From Sedimentisphaeraceae bacterium JB056 (GTDB lineage Bacteria; Planctomycetota; Phycisphaerae; Sedimentisphaerales; Sedimentisphaeraceae): a DNA stretch of 64,000 nt. How positions within the stretch are numbered: position 1 is the first letter of the stretch; the number at the start of each line of letters is the position of its first letter. The notes beneath the pieces were generated by a model. That model was not told where the DNA came from. It searched no databases and worked only from the letters and a program-made list of their open reading frames with translations. Location of the stretch: positions 128,001-192,000 of the forward strand of contig JBITAJ010000029.1 in assembly GCA_044440125.1 (NCBI GenBank), given 5' to 3'. A program made the translations under genes and the position numbers. Positions 19,670 to 29,573 of the stretch are shown in pieces.

Positions 19670-20890
19670 TTATTTACCCGATGTAAGTATTACCTTCGAA
19701 TGTTTTCGAAGATCAAAGTCCTTAAGTATCGAGTTTATATCATCGACAGTAACATTTTTGATGTTATTGATCTCTTCCTGGATAGTCTTGTATTCTTTCA
19801 TGTATACCCAGTTGAAACCAACTTCAATCAGCCTGCCCATAGGAAGTTCATTCTTAAGCGTTAATGAACTTAGAACTTTATGTTTGGCCTTTGCAAGTTC
19901 CTGTTCTGTAATTCCGTTTTCAGTAACTTCCTTGAATATTTTATTAACGATATCAATCGTCTTGTCGGCATTTTCCTTGCTGCATTGGAAGTAGTTATAG
20001 ATCACGCCGACCCCATCCATATCTTCGTAATACATAGAGGCAACCTCTGCTATCGCGGGGTCTACAAGTTCCCAGAAAAAACGGGAGCCTGAATCGTCAC
20101 CTATAATGTTGCTGAGCAGCTTGGCAGCATAATGTCTTGGGTCTTGCGATGCTACAGAGGCACTTGTGATGCAAATATGCTGACGTGCAAGATTGGCTTT
20201 GGTTACAGTTTCTTCTTTCATTGAACCTGCAAAGAAATCTGTTTTCCTTTGAGGATTTGAAGCTTGATAGCCGCCGCATTCTTTTTCTACAAGGCTGCAG
20301 AAGCTGTCCCAGTCGAAATTACCGCAGCAAACCACTGTGATGTTATCAGAGGCGTAACGTCTCGAAAAATACTCACGCATTTGATCGGCTGTAAGAGCCT
20401 TTATTGATTCAGGGGTGCCAAGTACGCTGTTGCCGCAAGGGTGCGAACCGAAATGAAGACTTTTAGCCCTGTCCATAACATCAAAGTGTGGCAAGTCCTG
20501 ATACATCGCAATTTCTTCGAGTATGACATTTTTTTCAATATCAAAATCCTCATCACGTAATGCCGGCCGCATCATCTGAGACCACAGTGTCGCTACTCTG
20601 TCGAGATATTCAGGAAGTACCGCTGAATAGAATACTGTATTCTCCTCACTCGTGAAAGCATTGAATTGTGCGCCGGTCCTGTCAAACTCTGTATTGACAT
20701 CGAATGCTGAGAGCTTATCAGTACCTTTGAATAACATATGTTCAAGATAATGTGAGACGCCGCTTATCTCAGAAGTTTCATCTCTTGAACCTGTTTTTAC
20801 GAAAAAACCGACCGCGGCCGATTGTCTGGCTTTGTTTATTTCACCAACGATCGAAAGACCGTTTGATAGTTTAGTATGTTTAAATTCCAT
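19670..20890 (-). CDS. M16B zinc peptidase, catalytic subunit
   Basis: GSRDE...SHYLEHMLFKGT (HxxEH), NAFTS.E.T, EKNVILEEI. Confidence 0.95.
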   Translation of the reverse strand: MEFKHTKLSNGLSIVGEINKARQSAAVGFFVKTGSRDETSEISGVSHYLEHMLFKGTDKLSAFDVNTEFDRTGAQFNAFTSEENTVFYSAVLPEYLDRVATLWSQMMRPALRDEDFDIEKNVILEEIAMYQDLPHFDVMDRAKSLHFGSHPCGNSVLGTPESIKALTADQMREYFSRRYASDNITVVCCGNFDWDSFCSLVEKECGGYQASNPQRKTDFFAGSMKEETVTKANLARQHICITSASVASQDPRHYAAKLLSNIIGDDSGSRFFWELVDPAIAEVASMYYEDMDGVGVIYNYFQCSKENADKTIDIVNKIFKEVTENGITEQELAKAKHKVLSSLTLKNELPMGRLIEVGFNWVYMKEYKTIQEEINNIKNVTVDDINSILKDFDLRKHSKVILTSGK

Positions 20891-20931
20891 TATAAAATCC
20901 TCTTACTTTTTCCTTAGCTTGCTTTTCGAGA

Positions 20932-22170
20932 TCATACTGCCGGTGGTGTTACTTCTTTAGGACCGATAGTTACAATGCTGTATTCTTTGAAGATATTTCG
21001 GTTCAGGAAGTCTGTTACTGATTCCACCGTTGTGGCCTCGATTCCGGCTTTGATCTCATCAAGACATCTTACACGTCCGAGCAGATTATAGTCTCCGCCT
21101 ATTCCGCTGGCTCTGCTCATTGTGGATTCACTTCGCATTATCATTGTGCTCTTGAGGCCAGTCTGAGCTCTGTTGATCTCGTCGGTCGTTATTGCCTCAC
21201 GAAGTTTGTTGAACTGATCCAGTGTCACATCAAGTGTTTCCTGTGCTTTGTCTGGTGTTGTTCCTGCGTAACATGCATAACCTGCATGATCTTTGAGCGT
21301 ATTGTAATTGGCTCCGATCGCATAGCACAGACCGCGTTTCTCCCGCACCTCGGTAAAGAGTCTTGAACTCATGCCGCCCGAGAGAATTGATACGGCTACC
21401 TGTGCGTTGTAATAATCTTCACTTTTGGCAGGTATCGTCTTGGTCATGATTCCTATATGAACTTGCGAACCTTCGTAAGGAATATGAGTGTATTTTGTTT
21501 CCGGTTCATGGAAGGGCAATTCATTTATTTGTCCCGTTTCTTTCTGGCCGAAAAGTTTTTCAAGAGTTTCGCATACACTCTTGAAATCATATTTACCTGC
21601 AACACTGAAGATTGTATTGCCTATGCTGAAATTCTGTTTGATGATATTCTGAGCCTGCTCAGCGGTCAAAGATTGCAGGGATTCGGAATTACCATAAGAA
21701 TTGTAGCCCAGCGGTTCGGGATAGAAAAATTCACGTAGTTTTAACATCACTTTATGTCTTGGGTCATCATCCAGTCCCATGAGATCACTTAATGTTAGTT
21801 GACGTGAGAGCTCGAATTGTTCAGCGTCCAGATGCGGCTCGAGAAGTATCTTTGCGTAAAGTTCGAGTGCTTCAATAAGGCATTCCCATTCAAGCGCAGA
21901 GGAAAACGTCATGCGATATGTTCCGACACTGCTGCTTGAGTGAAGGCCGAGAAAATCCATCTTATCACTAAGCTGACGCGAATCCAGTCCGCCGGCACCT
22001 CTGGTTACCCAGTCGGTTATTACGCGTCCTGCTCCACTGAATTCTTTTGGTATTCGCGAAGCTCCGCTTGGTACCATGAATCCGAATGCTACTGACCCTA
22101 CTTCTTCAAGAGGTTCACCCAAAATCGTCATTCCGTTAGGAAGCTGATGTACATCTATTTTTTTTGCCAT
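20932..22170 (-). CDS. M16B peptidase, non-catalytic partner subunit
   Basis: M16 fold motifs (LPNGMTI, SGGMSSRLFTEVREKRGLCY) but no HxxEH. Confidence 0.9.
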   Translation of the reverse strand: MAKKIDVHQLPNGMTILGEPLEEVGSVAFGFMVPSGASRIPKEFSGAGRVITDWVTRGAGGLDSRQLSDKMDFLGLHSSSSVGTYRMTFSSALEWECLIEALELYAKILLEPHLDAEQFELSRQLTLSDLMGLDDDPRHKVMLKLREFFYPEPLGYNSYGNSESLQSLTAEQAQNIIKQNFSIGNTIFSVAGKYDFKSVCETLEKLFGQKETGQINELPFHEPETKYTHIPYEGSQVHIGIMTKTIPAKSEDYYNAQVAVSILSGGMSSRLFTEVREKRGLCYAIGANYNTLKDHAGYACYAGTTPDKAQETLDVTLDQFNKLREAITTDEINRAQTGLKSTMIMRSESTMSRASGIGGDYNLLGRVRCLDEIKAGIEATTVESVTDFLNRNIFKEYSIVTIGPKEVTPPAV

Positions 22171-22224
22171 TTTCTACTTCTTCTTTTAAACTCTTTTCGT
22201 TTTGTCTCTAATATTCAATTTCAG

Positions 22225-25200
22225 TTATTTTACTAATTCACCTATTGGGGTAAATGTGTCTGTTTCCTGCGTCTGGTCAAATTTAACCATAATACGCTTG
22301 CTTACACCTTGCTGCTGCATAGTCACACCAAAAAGTTTGTCAGCGATACTCATCGTACGCTTTGCGTGAGTTATAACTATGAACTGCGAGTATTTTTCAA
22401 ACTCTTTAACAATCAGGTTGAATCTTTCGTTGTTTGCTTCGTCAAGAGCCGCATCCACCTCATCAAGGAAACAGAATGGAGACGGCTTGCTCTTGAATAT
22501 CGCAAACTGCAGAGCGATAGCAGTCATAGTCTTTTCGCCACCGCTGAGCAGGCTTATGCTCTTGGCTCCTTTTCCAGGAGGCTGAGCGATTATCTCGATT
22601 CCGCATTCGAGTATATCTTCACCGGATTCAACATCAAGCATCACGTCTGCTTTTCCTCCGCCAAATAGTTTACGGAATATTTCTTTGAAGTTCTCTCTTA
22701 CTTCATCGAAAGTTGTCTTAAACATCTCCCGGCTTTCCTTGTTGATCTTGTTGATCAATTGTTGAAGCTGTGTTTTAGAGTTGTTAAGATCTTCTATCTG
22801 TTCAGAAAGGAATTTTTCTCTTTCTTCAAGTTCTTTCAGTTCATCGATGGCATCAACGTTGACATTTCCAAGTCTCGTTATACGCCCGCGAAGATCATTT
22901 ATCTCACGTTTGACATCATCCCAGTCGATGTCGGTTTCGTGTTCATATGTTTCATATTCTTTTTCAAGATCAAGCTCAAGTTCTTCGCCAACCCTTTGGA
23001 TAAGGTCTTCACTCTTGATGCGTATTTCGTTGAGTTCGAGATCTATCTCATGAATTTGCTTTTCGAGCTCGCTTTGTTCATGACGTCTGTCTCTCAATAC
23101 TTCCTCGGCATTCTGCTGATCTTCTATGAGTTCGGCAACCTGCTTGCGAAGCTCCGATGCTTTTATTTGAGCCTGTTCCTTATCTACATACAGTTCACTT
23201 ATCATTGCCTCTATGTTGAGGATGTTTCGTTGTGTCTGCGATACCTGTTCATCGTTTCCGTGCAGATCGCTCATTGAAGATTGCAGGGCTATCTTGGCAC
23301 GCTCAATTTGTGCCTTGAGACTGTTTATTTCCTGGGTTATCGCATTACGCCTTACAGTTGTCTGGCCTATTGCTATTCGAAGTTCTGTAAGTTGAGAAGA
23401 TAGCTCATTGTGCATGCTTCTTTTTTCATCGAGCATAAACTGCAGTTCTTCAATTCGTTCAGTTCTCTGGCTGCCTGCGGCTTCTATCTCATTGAGTTGT
23501 TCGCGAAGTTGTTTTTGTCTTTCGTATGAAGCGTCGATTTGTTTTTCCACATTCTCTGCTTCTTCTTTTGCGGCAGGCAGATCTTTTTCAAGATTGTCAA
23601 TGCTCTGAGTCACTACTTGAAGTTTTGTCTGTGCGTCTACCTTTTCCGTATTAGCCTCATAGATAGTTTCGCGGAGCTCTTTACTCTGAGCGGTAAGCTC
23701 ATCGTTCTGAATCGTTGCGTCATCAATCTGTGATTGTATACTCTCTATTTGATCATCAATTGAAACAAGCTCGGCCTCAAGCTCATTCATACGGCTTTTA
23801 CGTGATATCAGTCCGACGCCTTTACCGGCGCTGCCTATTTTGATTATGTATCCGCCTTGAACCAGCTCCCCGTCCAATGTTACGAAATTACAATTCTCTC
23901 CAAGCTGACGTGAAGCATTGAGAGCAGTCTGTATGTTCTCAGCAATAAACGTATTGCCGAGAAGCTGCCTCATCAAAGGCTTGTATTTTTCGTCAGTCTT
24001 TATTACATCGCACAGTGAAGACGAAATCCCAGGCTGTTCCGATACATCCTGAATTTTGCTTGCTTTCAATTCATCAATGCTTAAAGCGTTGATTCTTCCG
24101 TTCTCTGCAAAGCTGCTGCATTGTTCGAGGAATTTATCTGAGTTGTTCACTATAAGCCAGTCGGCTTTTTCTTCAAGAACTGTTTCAAGAGCAGTTGCGT
24201 ATTTGATATCTGTTTCGATTATCTCAGCCAGCAGGCATTCGATACTGTCAAGTTTCTGCGGGTCATTGTTTCTCAGTTCGAGAACTTCTTTAACTGCTTT
24301 GCCTACACCTTCGTGCTTGTTCTCCATGTCGATGAGAAGTTTGAGCTCTCTTTCGACCGCACTCTTATCCTGCTTCAATGATGCGAGTATGTTTGATCTT
24401 TCAAGCAATTGCTCGCTTATCTGATCCATCATCTCCCGCTTGGCATCGAGAGCTTCCTGAAGATGCTCGATACGCTCAAGAAGTTGGTCGAGTTTTTGCT
24501 GATATGTTTGTTTGTCAACAGAAACTGTCTCAAGCTGCTTTTCTATTGCTGCTGCTTTTTCTTTCGCACGGTCATATTGAGCGGTAAGATTATTGCGGTA
24601 GTTTGCTATACTCTCTATCTCGTTCTTGAGTTGTGCACTTTTGCGAACCGTTTCAAGTATGCTTGATTTTTCCTCTTCAAGCTGAGCGGTCAGTTCAGTA
24701 CAGTCCATATTGACTGTATGCATCATTTCCTGAAGCTCTGAAAGCTGATTGCTTTTTTCTTCTGATATCTTTTCGTTTTCTTTCAGTCTGAACTTACAGC
24801 CTTCTATCTCTCCCTCAAGCTTTGCTTTTTGCTGGTCAAGGAAGTGTATTCGGTCTGCTGCGGTAGTCTTACGCTGCCTCAGTTCCTCGCTGCGTTTTTG
24901 CAGATACTCTATCCTGTCGTTCTGCTGTTCAATTTTACTTTTGACAGATATGAGCCTGCGGTCATTTTCGTTTATTATGTTCTCCTGCGACATTATGGTA
25001 TCTCGCAGGGTTGAACTTTCAGTGTCTTTTCTCGCTATCTCTGCTACGATCTGACTGAAGCGGTTATTGAGAGCGTCAAGATGTTCCTTTCTCATCTTGC
25101 CTCTTTTGGTAAGCTCGTCATATTCAGCCAGCGAGTAGTTCATGCGAAGCTTGTCAAGACGCTCCTTATACTCAACATAGTTTCTTGCCTTGCCTGCCTG

Positions 25201-25818
25201 AAGCCTTACGCTTCTGAGCTGTTTCTGCAGTTCGTTGAAGACATCCGCGACACGAAGCATTCTTTGCTCTGTCTTTTCGAGTTTTCTTGATGCATCTTTT
25301 TTGTGAGCCTTGTACTTGCTTATTCCCGCAGCCTCTTCAAAGATTACTCGCCGCTCAGCCTTTGATGCTGTGAGCAATTGGGCGATCTGTCCCTGCTCAA
25401 TGATCGAGTAAGCACTTACGCCTACACCTGTATCCATGAACTGCTCACGGATGTCCTTGAGCCTTGCGGTCTTGTTGTTTATCAGGTAGGCGCTGTCACC
25501 GTTTCTATAAAGACGCCTTGTTATCTGAAGCTCATCATTGCCCTCATCACCGGAATTTACACCGCTGAAGATCATGCTCACTTCCGACATCCCCGACGGC
25601 TTCCTTGTGCTTGAGCCGCTGAAGATGACATCTGTCATCTGGCTGCTTCGAAGGCTTTTCTTGCTTTGTTCGCCAAGCACCCACTTGACGGCATCAACAA
25701 CGTTGCTTTTGCCGCAGCCGTTTGGCCCTACGATAGCTGTAATATTTTCATCAAAAATGAATTCTGTTTTGTCCGCAAAACTTTTGAATCCATTGAGAAT
25801 AATCTTTTCAAGTCTCAT
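22225..25818 (-). CDS. smc: Chromosome segregation protein SMC
   Basis: GFKSFAD, Walker A GPNGCGKS, long coiled coils, hinge, LSGGE signature, LDEVDAALD. Confidence 0.98.
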   Translation of the reverse strand: MRLEKIILNGFKSFADKTEFIFDENITAIVGPNGCGKSNVVDAVKWVLGEQSKKSLRSSQMTDVIFSGSSTRKPSGMSEVSMIFSGVNSGDEGNDELQITRRLYRNGDSAYLINNKTARLKDIREQFMDTGVGVSAYSIIEQGQIAQLLTASKAERRVIFEEAAGISKYKAHKKDASRKLEKTEQRMLRVADVFNELQKQLRSVRLQAGKARNYVEYKERLDKLRMNYSLAEYDELTKRGKMRKEHLDALNNRFSQIVAEIARKDTESSTLRDTIMSQENIINENDRRLISVKSKIEQQNDRIEYLQKRSEELRQRKTTAADRIHFLDQQKAKLEGEIEGCKFRLKENEKISEEKSNQLSELQEMMHTVNMDCTELTAQLEEEKSSILETVRKSAQLKNEIESIANYRNNLTAQYDRAKEKAAAIEKQLETVSVDKQTYQQKLDQLLERIEHLQEALDAKREMMDQISEQLLERSNILASLKQDKSAVERELKLLIDMENKHEGVGKAVKEVLELRNNDPQKLDSIECLLAEIIETDIKYATALETVLEEKADWLIVNNSDKFLEQCSSFAENGRINALSIDELKASKIQDVSEQPGISSSLCDVIKTDEKYKPLMRQLLGNTFIAENIQTALNASRQLGENCNFVTLDGELVQGGYIIKIGSAGKGVGLISRKSRMNELEAELVSIDDQIESIQSQIDDATIQNDELTAQSKELRETIYEANTEKVDAQTKLQVVTQSIDNLEKDLPAAKEEAENVEKQIDASYERQKQLREQLNEIEAAGSQRTERIEELQFMLDEKRSMHNELSSQLTELRIAIGQTTVRRNAITQEINSLKAQIERAKIALQSSMSDLHGNDEQVSQTQRNILNIEAMISELYVDKEQAQIKASELRKQVAELIEDQQNAEEVLRDRRHEQSELEKQIHEIDLELNEIRIKSEDLIQRVGEELELDLEKEYETYEHETDIDWDDVKREINDLRGRITRLGNVNVDAIDELKELEEREKFLSEQIEDLNNSKTQLQQLINKINKESREMFKTTFDEVRENFKEIFRKLFGGGKADVMLDVESGEDILECGIEIIAQPPGKGAKSISLLSGGEKTMTAIALQFAIFKSKPSPFCFLDEVDAALDEANNERFNLIVKEFEKYSQFIVITHAKRTMSIADKLFGVTMQQQGVSKRIMVKFDQTQETDTFTPIGELVK

Positions 25819-25847
25819 ATGTGCGTAAACTCTTTTAAAACACTTGG

Positions 25848-27503
25848 TCAGTTCTTGTTTTCAGTAATTTTTCCAGGCAGTCCTGAGGGAGATTTCTGCT
25901 TGATCTCTTTGATAGGGCTGGCCTTGAATTCTGCATTGAGATTGCCCGAATCGGCAAGTTCTTTGATTATCACGGCAGTGCCGCTGTAATCAACACCAAG
26001 GCCGGATCGATCTCTCTTTAGGTTCTGTATGTTGTCCGTCAATTTGAAGATTATATCGGTTAGTTTATCACTGCTCTCAAGCGGACCTATTATACCCGGT
26101 TTAGTCGGGTTCTGCCGCATCAATGTTATGGGTCCGCCCTCTGAAGCTGCGTTTATGGTTACATCAGTTGCTGTGTTTTTTACAAAAAGAGGGGCTTGTA
26201 CTTTTATATCATTGCCGAACAATACTATTTGAGGTCTGTCCTGACGATATACATATACCAAGGGGTTGCCTTTTGAGATGACTGTATTTATTGTAAAGCC
26301 GGCCATTGTCATCTGTCTTGATATCGACATGTCGCCGTTGTCTCTGAGTATCTCATAGGCGGCAAGTCGTACCTCGGAATCTGCGTCACTAAGCAGCCTT
26401 CTCAGAGGGCTTAAGGCCTCTTTGCTTACAGGGGCATTTCTGATCGCTTCTACAGCCTCTATTCTTTTTTGTGAATCAGCATTATATGCTATCTGTATCA
26501 GGGTGTTGATGGCTTTTTCGTATCCGATATTCAGCATGCACCTGGCCGCTCTGAGCCGTATTTCCTCTTTTTCATCATCGAGCAGAGGACGCAGACTCCT
26601 CAGAGACATTCTGCCGATTGCCTCAAGTCCCATTTCTGCTCCTATTTTATCCTCAGGGGCTTTGAGTGCTTCGGTAAGTGCTTCGATTCTTTTGTCAAGC
26701 GAATCGTTTGTCTCAGGCAAATATATCGCAGAGACAAGCGAGGAGAATTTTTTGTGCTGACCGGCATATCTTTCCGGCGGCGAGAGGCTTATTATCTCCG
26801 AGCTTCTGGCCTTGGCAGTCTTTTCTCCAAAACGTTCGTTTATTCGGTTTCTTATTATTCCGGAAAGTTTGTAGTTTGCATCGTTGAGCTCGATATACAT
26901 CTTGCTTGTTTCGTATGCGATGCCGCCGCCGATTATCAGCCCCTTACGCTCATCGGTGTTATCATCTTCGTTCCAGTCGATGAATACCGCTCCTTTGCCG
27001 ATAGCCAGCTTTTTTGCACCTGAAACGCCCAGCCTTGAGCTTGCGGTCAGATCGCTTGTGTAGAGTACGCCGCCGCTGAGTGAGGTTGTCTGGGTTGTTG
27101 ACAGGGCCTCAACCGCCAGATCGAACTTGCTTCCGGTTGTTGCTCCGGCGGGTATCCTGCCGTATATATGCACAACCGCGCTGTCGGTGCTGTTGAGAAA
27201 TTGCAGTGCCTCGTAGCGATTGGCGTTTCCAAGCATCTGCTGTATGTATTTTGTCAGATACTCACGCAGTTTCGGCGGACACTCTGACGAGCCTTTACCG
27301 TTGAGGCCCGCTACTATACCATAACCTTCCACTGATATTTCAGAGGGGGAATAGATCTCTCCAAGTGCGCCTATTGTCTTGTTGAGGTCGATATCTTCAG
27401 TTATCGATTTAGTAAGTTGAGAATCAACCTCTTTTTTATCCCCACAGCCGGTTAAAATAAGTGCCGCTGACAGAGAGATAAACAATAATTTCTTAAAATG
27501 CAT
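25848..27503 (-). CDS. FlgI (P-ring)-like domain + HEAT-repeat lipoprotein
   Basis: Lipobox LTGC; VEGYGIVAGLNGKGS..P, 'G.KFDLAV', 'SLSGGVLY' FlgI-like motifs; HEAT repeats (EIRLRAA, EVRLAAY). Confidence 0.75.
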   Translation of the reverse strand: MHFKKLLFISLSAALILTGCGDKKEVDSQLTKSITEDIDLNKTIGALGEIYSPSEISVEGYGIVAGLNGKGSSECPPKLREYLTKYIQQMLGNANRYEALQFLNSTDSAVVHIYGRIPAGATTGSKFDLAVEALSTTQTTSLSGGVLYTSDLTASSRLGVSGAKKLAIGKGAVFIDWNEDDNTDERKGLIIGGGIAYETSKMYIELNDANYKLSGIIRNRINERFGEKTAKARSSEIISLSPPERYAGQHKKFSSLVSAIYLPETNDSLDKRIEALTEALKAPEDKIGAEMGLEAIGRMSLRSLRPLLDDEKEEIRLRAARCMLNIGYEKAINTLIQIAYNADSQKRIEAVEAIRNAPVSKEALSPLRRLLSDADSEVRLAAYEILRDNGDMSISRQMTMAGFTINTVISKGNPLVYVYRQDRPQIVLFGNDIKVQAPLFVKNTATDVTINAASEGGPITLMRQNPTKPGIIGPLESSDKLTDIIFKLTDNIQNLKRDRSGLGVDYSGTAVIIKELADSGNLNAEFKASPIKEIKQKSPSGLPGKITENKN

Positions 27504-27697
27504 ATTCTATATCCTTAATATACACAAACTTATTAGAGTAAATTACTTAGTGGTCAAATAGTAACATCAAATTTTAACAAGTCAAGCGGAATATTGACCG
27601 TAAAATACCCGTATTTACAACCCATCCACGGCAGGTTTTGCAATGACCCATAACGCCGTAAAAACAGGATGCAAATTTTTGTCTCCACAACCCTGTC

Positions 27698-27723
27698 GTA
27701 GGGAACGCTGTCCCCAGCGTTCC
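27698..27723 (+). repeat. REP-like palindrome
   Basis: GTAG followed by GGAACGCTG-TCCC-CAGCGTTCC (perfect 9-bp stem). Confidence 0.6.
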
Positions 27724-27855
27724 GCTCTTGCAAAACAATATTTTATGTTCTCTTGCCGTCTCTATCAGCGTCTACAATGCCGTTTTTTAACCGCAAGAAC
27801 GCAATAAATGCTCAAAATACGGCTTTGACAACAAAATTACACAAAAACACACATC

Positions 27856-27889
27856 TTTTTTTGACAGGATGACAGGATTTACCGGTTTT
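27856..27889 (+). repeat. Left arm of imperfect 34-bp inverted repeat (partner 29461-29494)
   Basis: TTTTTTTGACAGGATGACAGGATTTACCGGTTTT; 27/34 identical to reverse complement of 29461-29494 by manual alignment. Confidence 0.65.
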
Positions 27890-28069
27890 TTACATCTGAT
27901 ACGGTGTAATCAGAGGTTTGCAGATGAGTTTAATTAAGTTATCTTTCATAGATTAGCGATTAATGGTAAGAAAGGTGGAAAAAATCAATCGTTTTATGGA
28001 CATTCTATATACTGAAATGTATAATCCGATTTGTTTTTATTATATTTTTGTGTTGTTTAGGTTTGTAAG

Positions 28070-28915
28070 ATGCTAAGAGAGTACAAAGAATACATAATAA
28101 GTGGAAATAAAGTTGGCAGTAATAAGGCAGCTTCTTATATTAAGGCTTTGGAATATATTGGTCCTATACTCAAGCAGAGTAATAGTGTTTACTCAAAATT
28201 TGATAGCATCTGGGAAGTTGTTGATGTTGAATTTGTCTCTGACTTGTATAAATATATTCTTGAGCAGCAAAAACTTGGTCATAGCGGTATCTTTCAAAAT
28301 GGGTTTCCTAAAAGTTATTGGAAAGGCGGATTCTATTCTGCAGCCATAAAAAGCTATCTGGAGTTTTTGATTATAATGCAGTATGAATCAGAATTATGGC
28401 CTTTTGTTGATCAGATCAAGGATGCCAAGAAATTAGGTAGTGTACTCAATCAGAAAGAGATTAAACATATTGAGAAATTAGCTGATGAAACGACCGAATT
28501 CTCCGGTTTAGAAGGTAAGAGTTGTTTGGCGTTGGTAAAGAAGAGAATTAATCAAGATTTTTTCCGAAAGATGGTACTTAAGAATTTTTCATCACGATGT
28601 TGTATTACAGGGTTAAATATCCCAGAAGTTTTGAGAGCAAGCCATATAATACCTTGGTCTAAAGATAAGGAGAACCGGTTAAATCCTGAGAACGGACTGT
28701 GTTTATCCGCTACATATGATGCCGCTTTCGATAGATACTTGATTTCATTTGACGACAAATATCGATTAGTTCTTGGTAAGACAATAAAAGACAATGCTAC
28801 ATATGATGCCGTCAAAGAGCATTTTATCGCATTTGAAGGTAAGGAAATGTTAGTGCCGCGTTTCTTTATGCCGGCTAAAGACTTTTTGCAAAAACATTTG
28901 GACTCAATATGTTAG
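28070..28915 (+). CDS. HNH endonuclease, putative restriction/defence nuclease
   Basis: RINQDFFRKMVL...CCITG...LRASHIIPW...NGLCL..YDAAFD; AT-rich; candidate promoter TGGACA-17-TATAAT at 27997-28025. Confidence 0.85.
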   Translation: MLREYKEYIISGNKVGSNKAASYIKALEYIGPILKQSNSVYSKFDSIWEVVDVEFVSDLYKYILEQQKLGHSGIFQNGFPKSYWKGGFYSAAIKSYLEFLIIMQYESELWPFVDQIKDAKKLGSVLNQKEIKHIEKLADETTEFSGLEGKSCLALVKKRINQDFFRKMVLKNFSSRCCITGLNIPEVLRASHIIPWSKDKENRLNPENGLCLSATYDAAFDRYLISFDDKYRLVLGKTIKDNATYDAVKEHFIAFEGKEMLVPRFFMPAKDFLQKHLDSIC

Positions 28916-29071
28916 AGTTCGTTTTAGGTTAGGACAAGATGTATTATCAAAATAGAGCAGTGTTGTCTTTTTGATTTCTTATTTGTGTTGGCAATTAATA
29001 GGAAAGGCCAATAGCCTTAGGGCGAAAAAGGGGATATGCAGCATCTTTATTTGACAGAGAGGATAAATAAT

Positions 29072-29440
29072 ATGGGTGATATGCAAAAAAATTATACAAA
29101 TGATTTCTTGTTATACACGAGTGCTGACGGCAAGATATATGTCAGATGCAGGCTTGAAGATGAGACGATATGGCTCACTCAGGATTTGATTGCAGAGCTA
29201 TTTGGTGTGCAACGTCCCGCAATCACCAAACATCTGAAAAACATCTTTGAAAGTGGTGAATTGGATGAAAAAGTGGTATGTTCCAAAAAGGAATTAACCA
29301 CGGCTAATGGAATAATAGCAGGTGAATTGCCGGAATCGACAACTGTTTCCAAAAAGGAAACAGTTCAGCAAGAAGGAAACCGGCATGTTAAGCGAAAACG
29401 GAAATATTATAATTTAGATGCAATTATCTCTGTAGATTAG
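29072..29440 (+). pseudogene. Truncated, internally duplicated RhuM-family (virulence RhuM / KilA-like) gene
   Basis: LLYTSADG...ETIWLTQDLIAELFGVQRPAITKHLKNIFESGEL...YYNLDAIISV then immediate stop where family members continue GYRV. Confidence 0.75.
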
Positions 29441-29460
29441 CTTCATCGCCTTGAACCCCC

Positions 29461-29494
29461 AAAATCAGCAAACCCAGTAATCCTGTCTAAAAAA
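29461..29494 (-). repeat. Right arm of imperfect 34-bp inverted repeat
   Basis: AAAATCAGCAAACCCAGTAATCCTGTCTAAAAAA. Confidence 0.65.
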
Positions 29495-29573
29495 TCGTGT
29501 CAGTTTGTGTAGGTCAGTGAATGTCCGTGCAATACATTTCTAACCTTTCATACTCTTTAAGCATTCCAACCAC

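Noticed and set aside
19670..22170. M16 pair with one subunit lacking HxxEH as a novelty
   Set aside because: Active/inactive heterodimeric M16B pairs are well known.
23815..23890. Deviation from the GX6GX3GG motif in the SMC hinge
   Set aside because: Partial divergence only, and I cannot judge its significance without an alignment.
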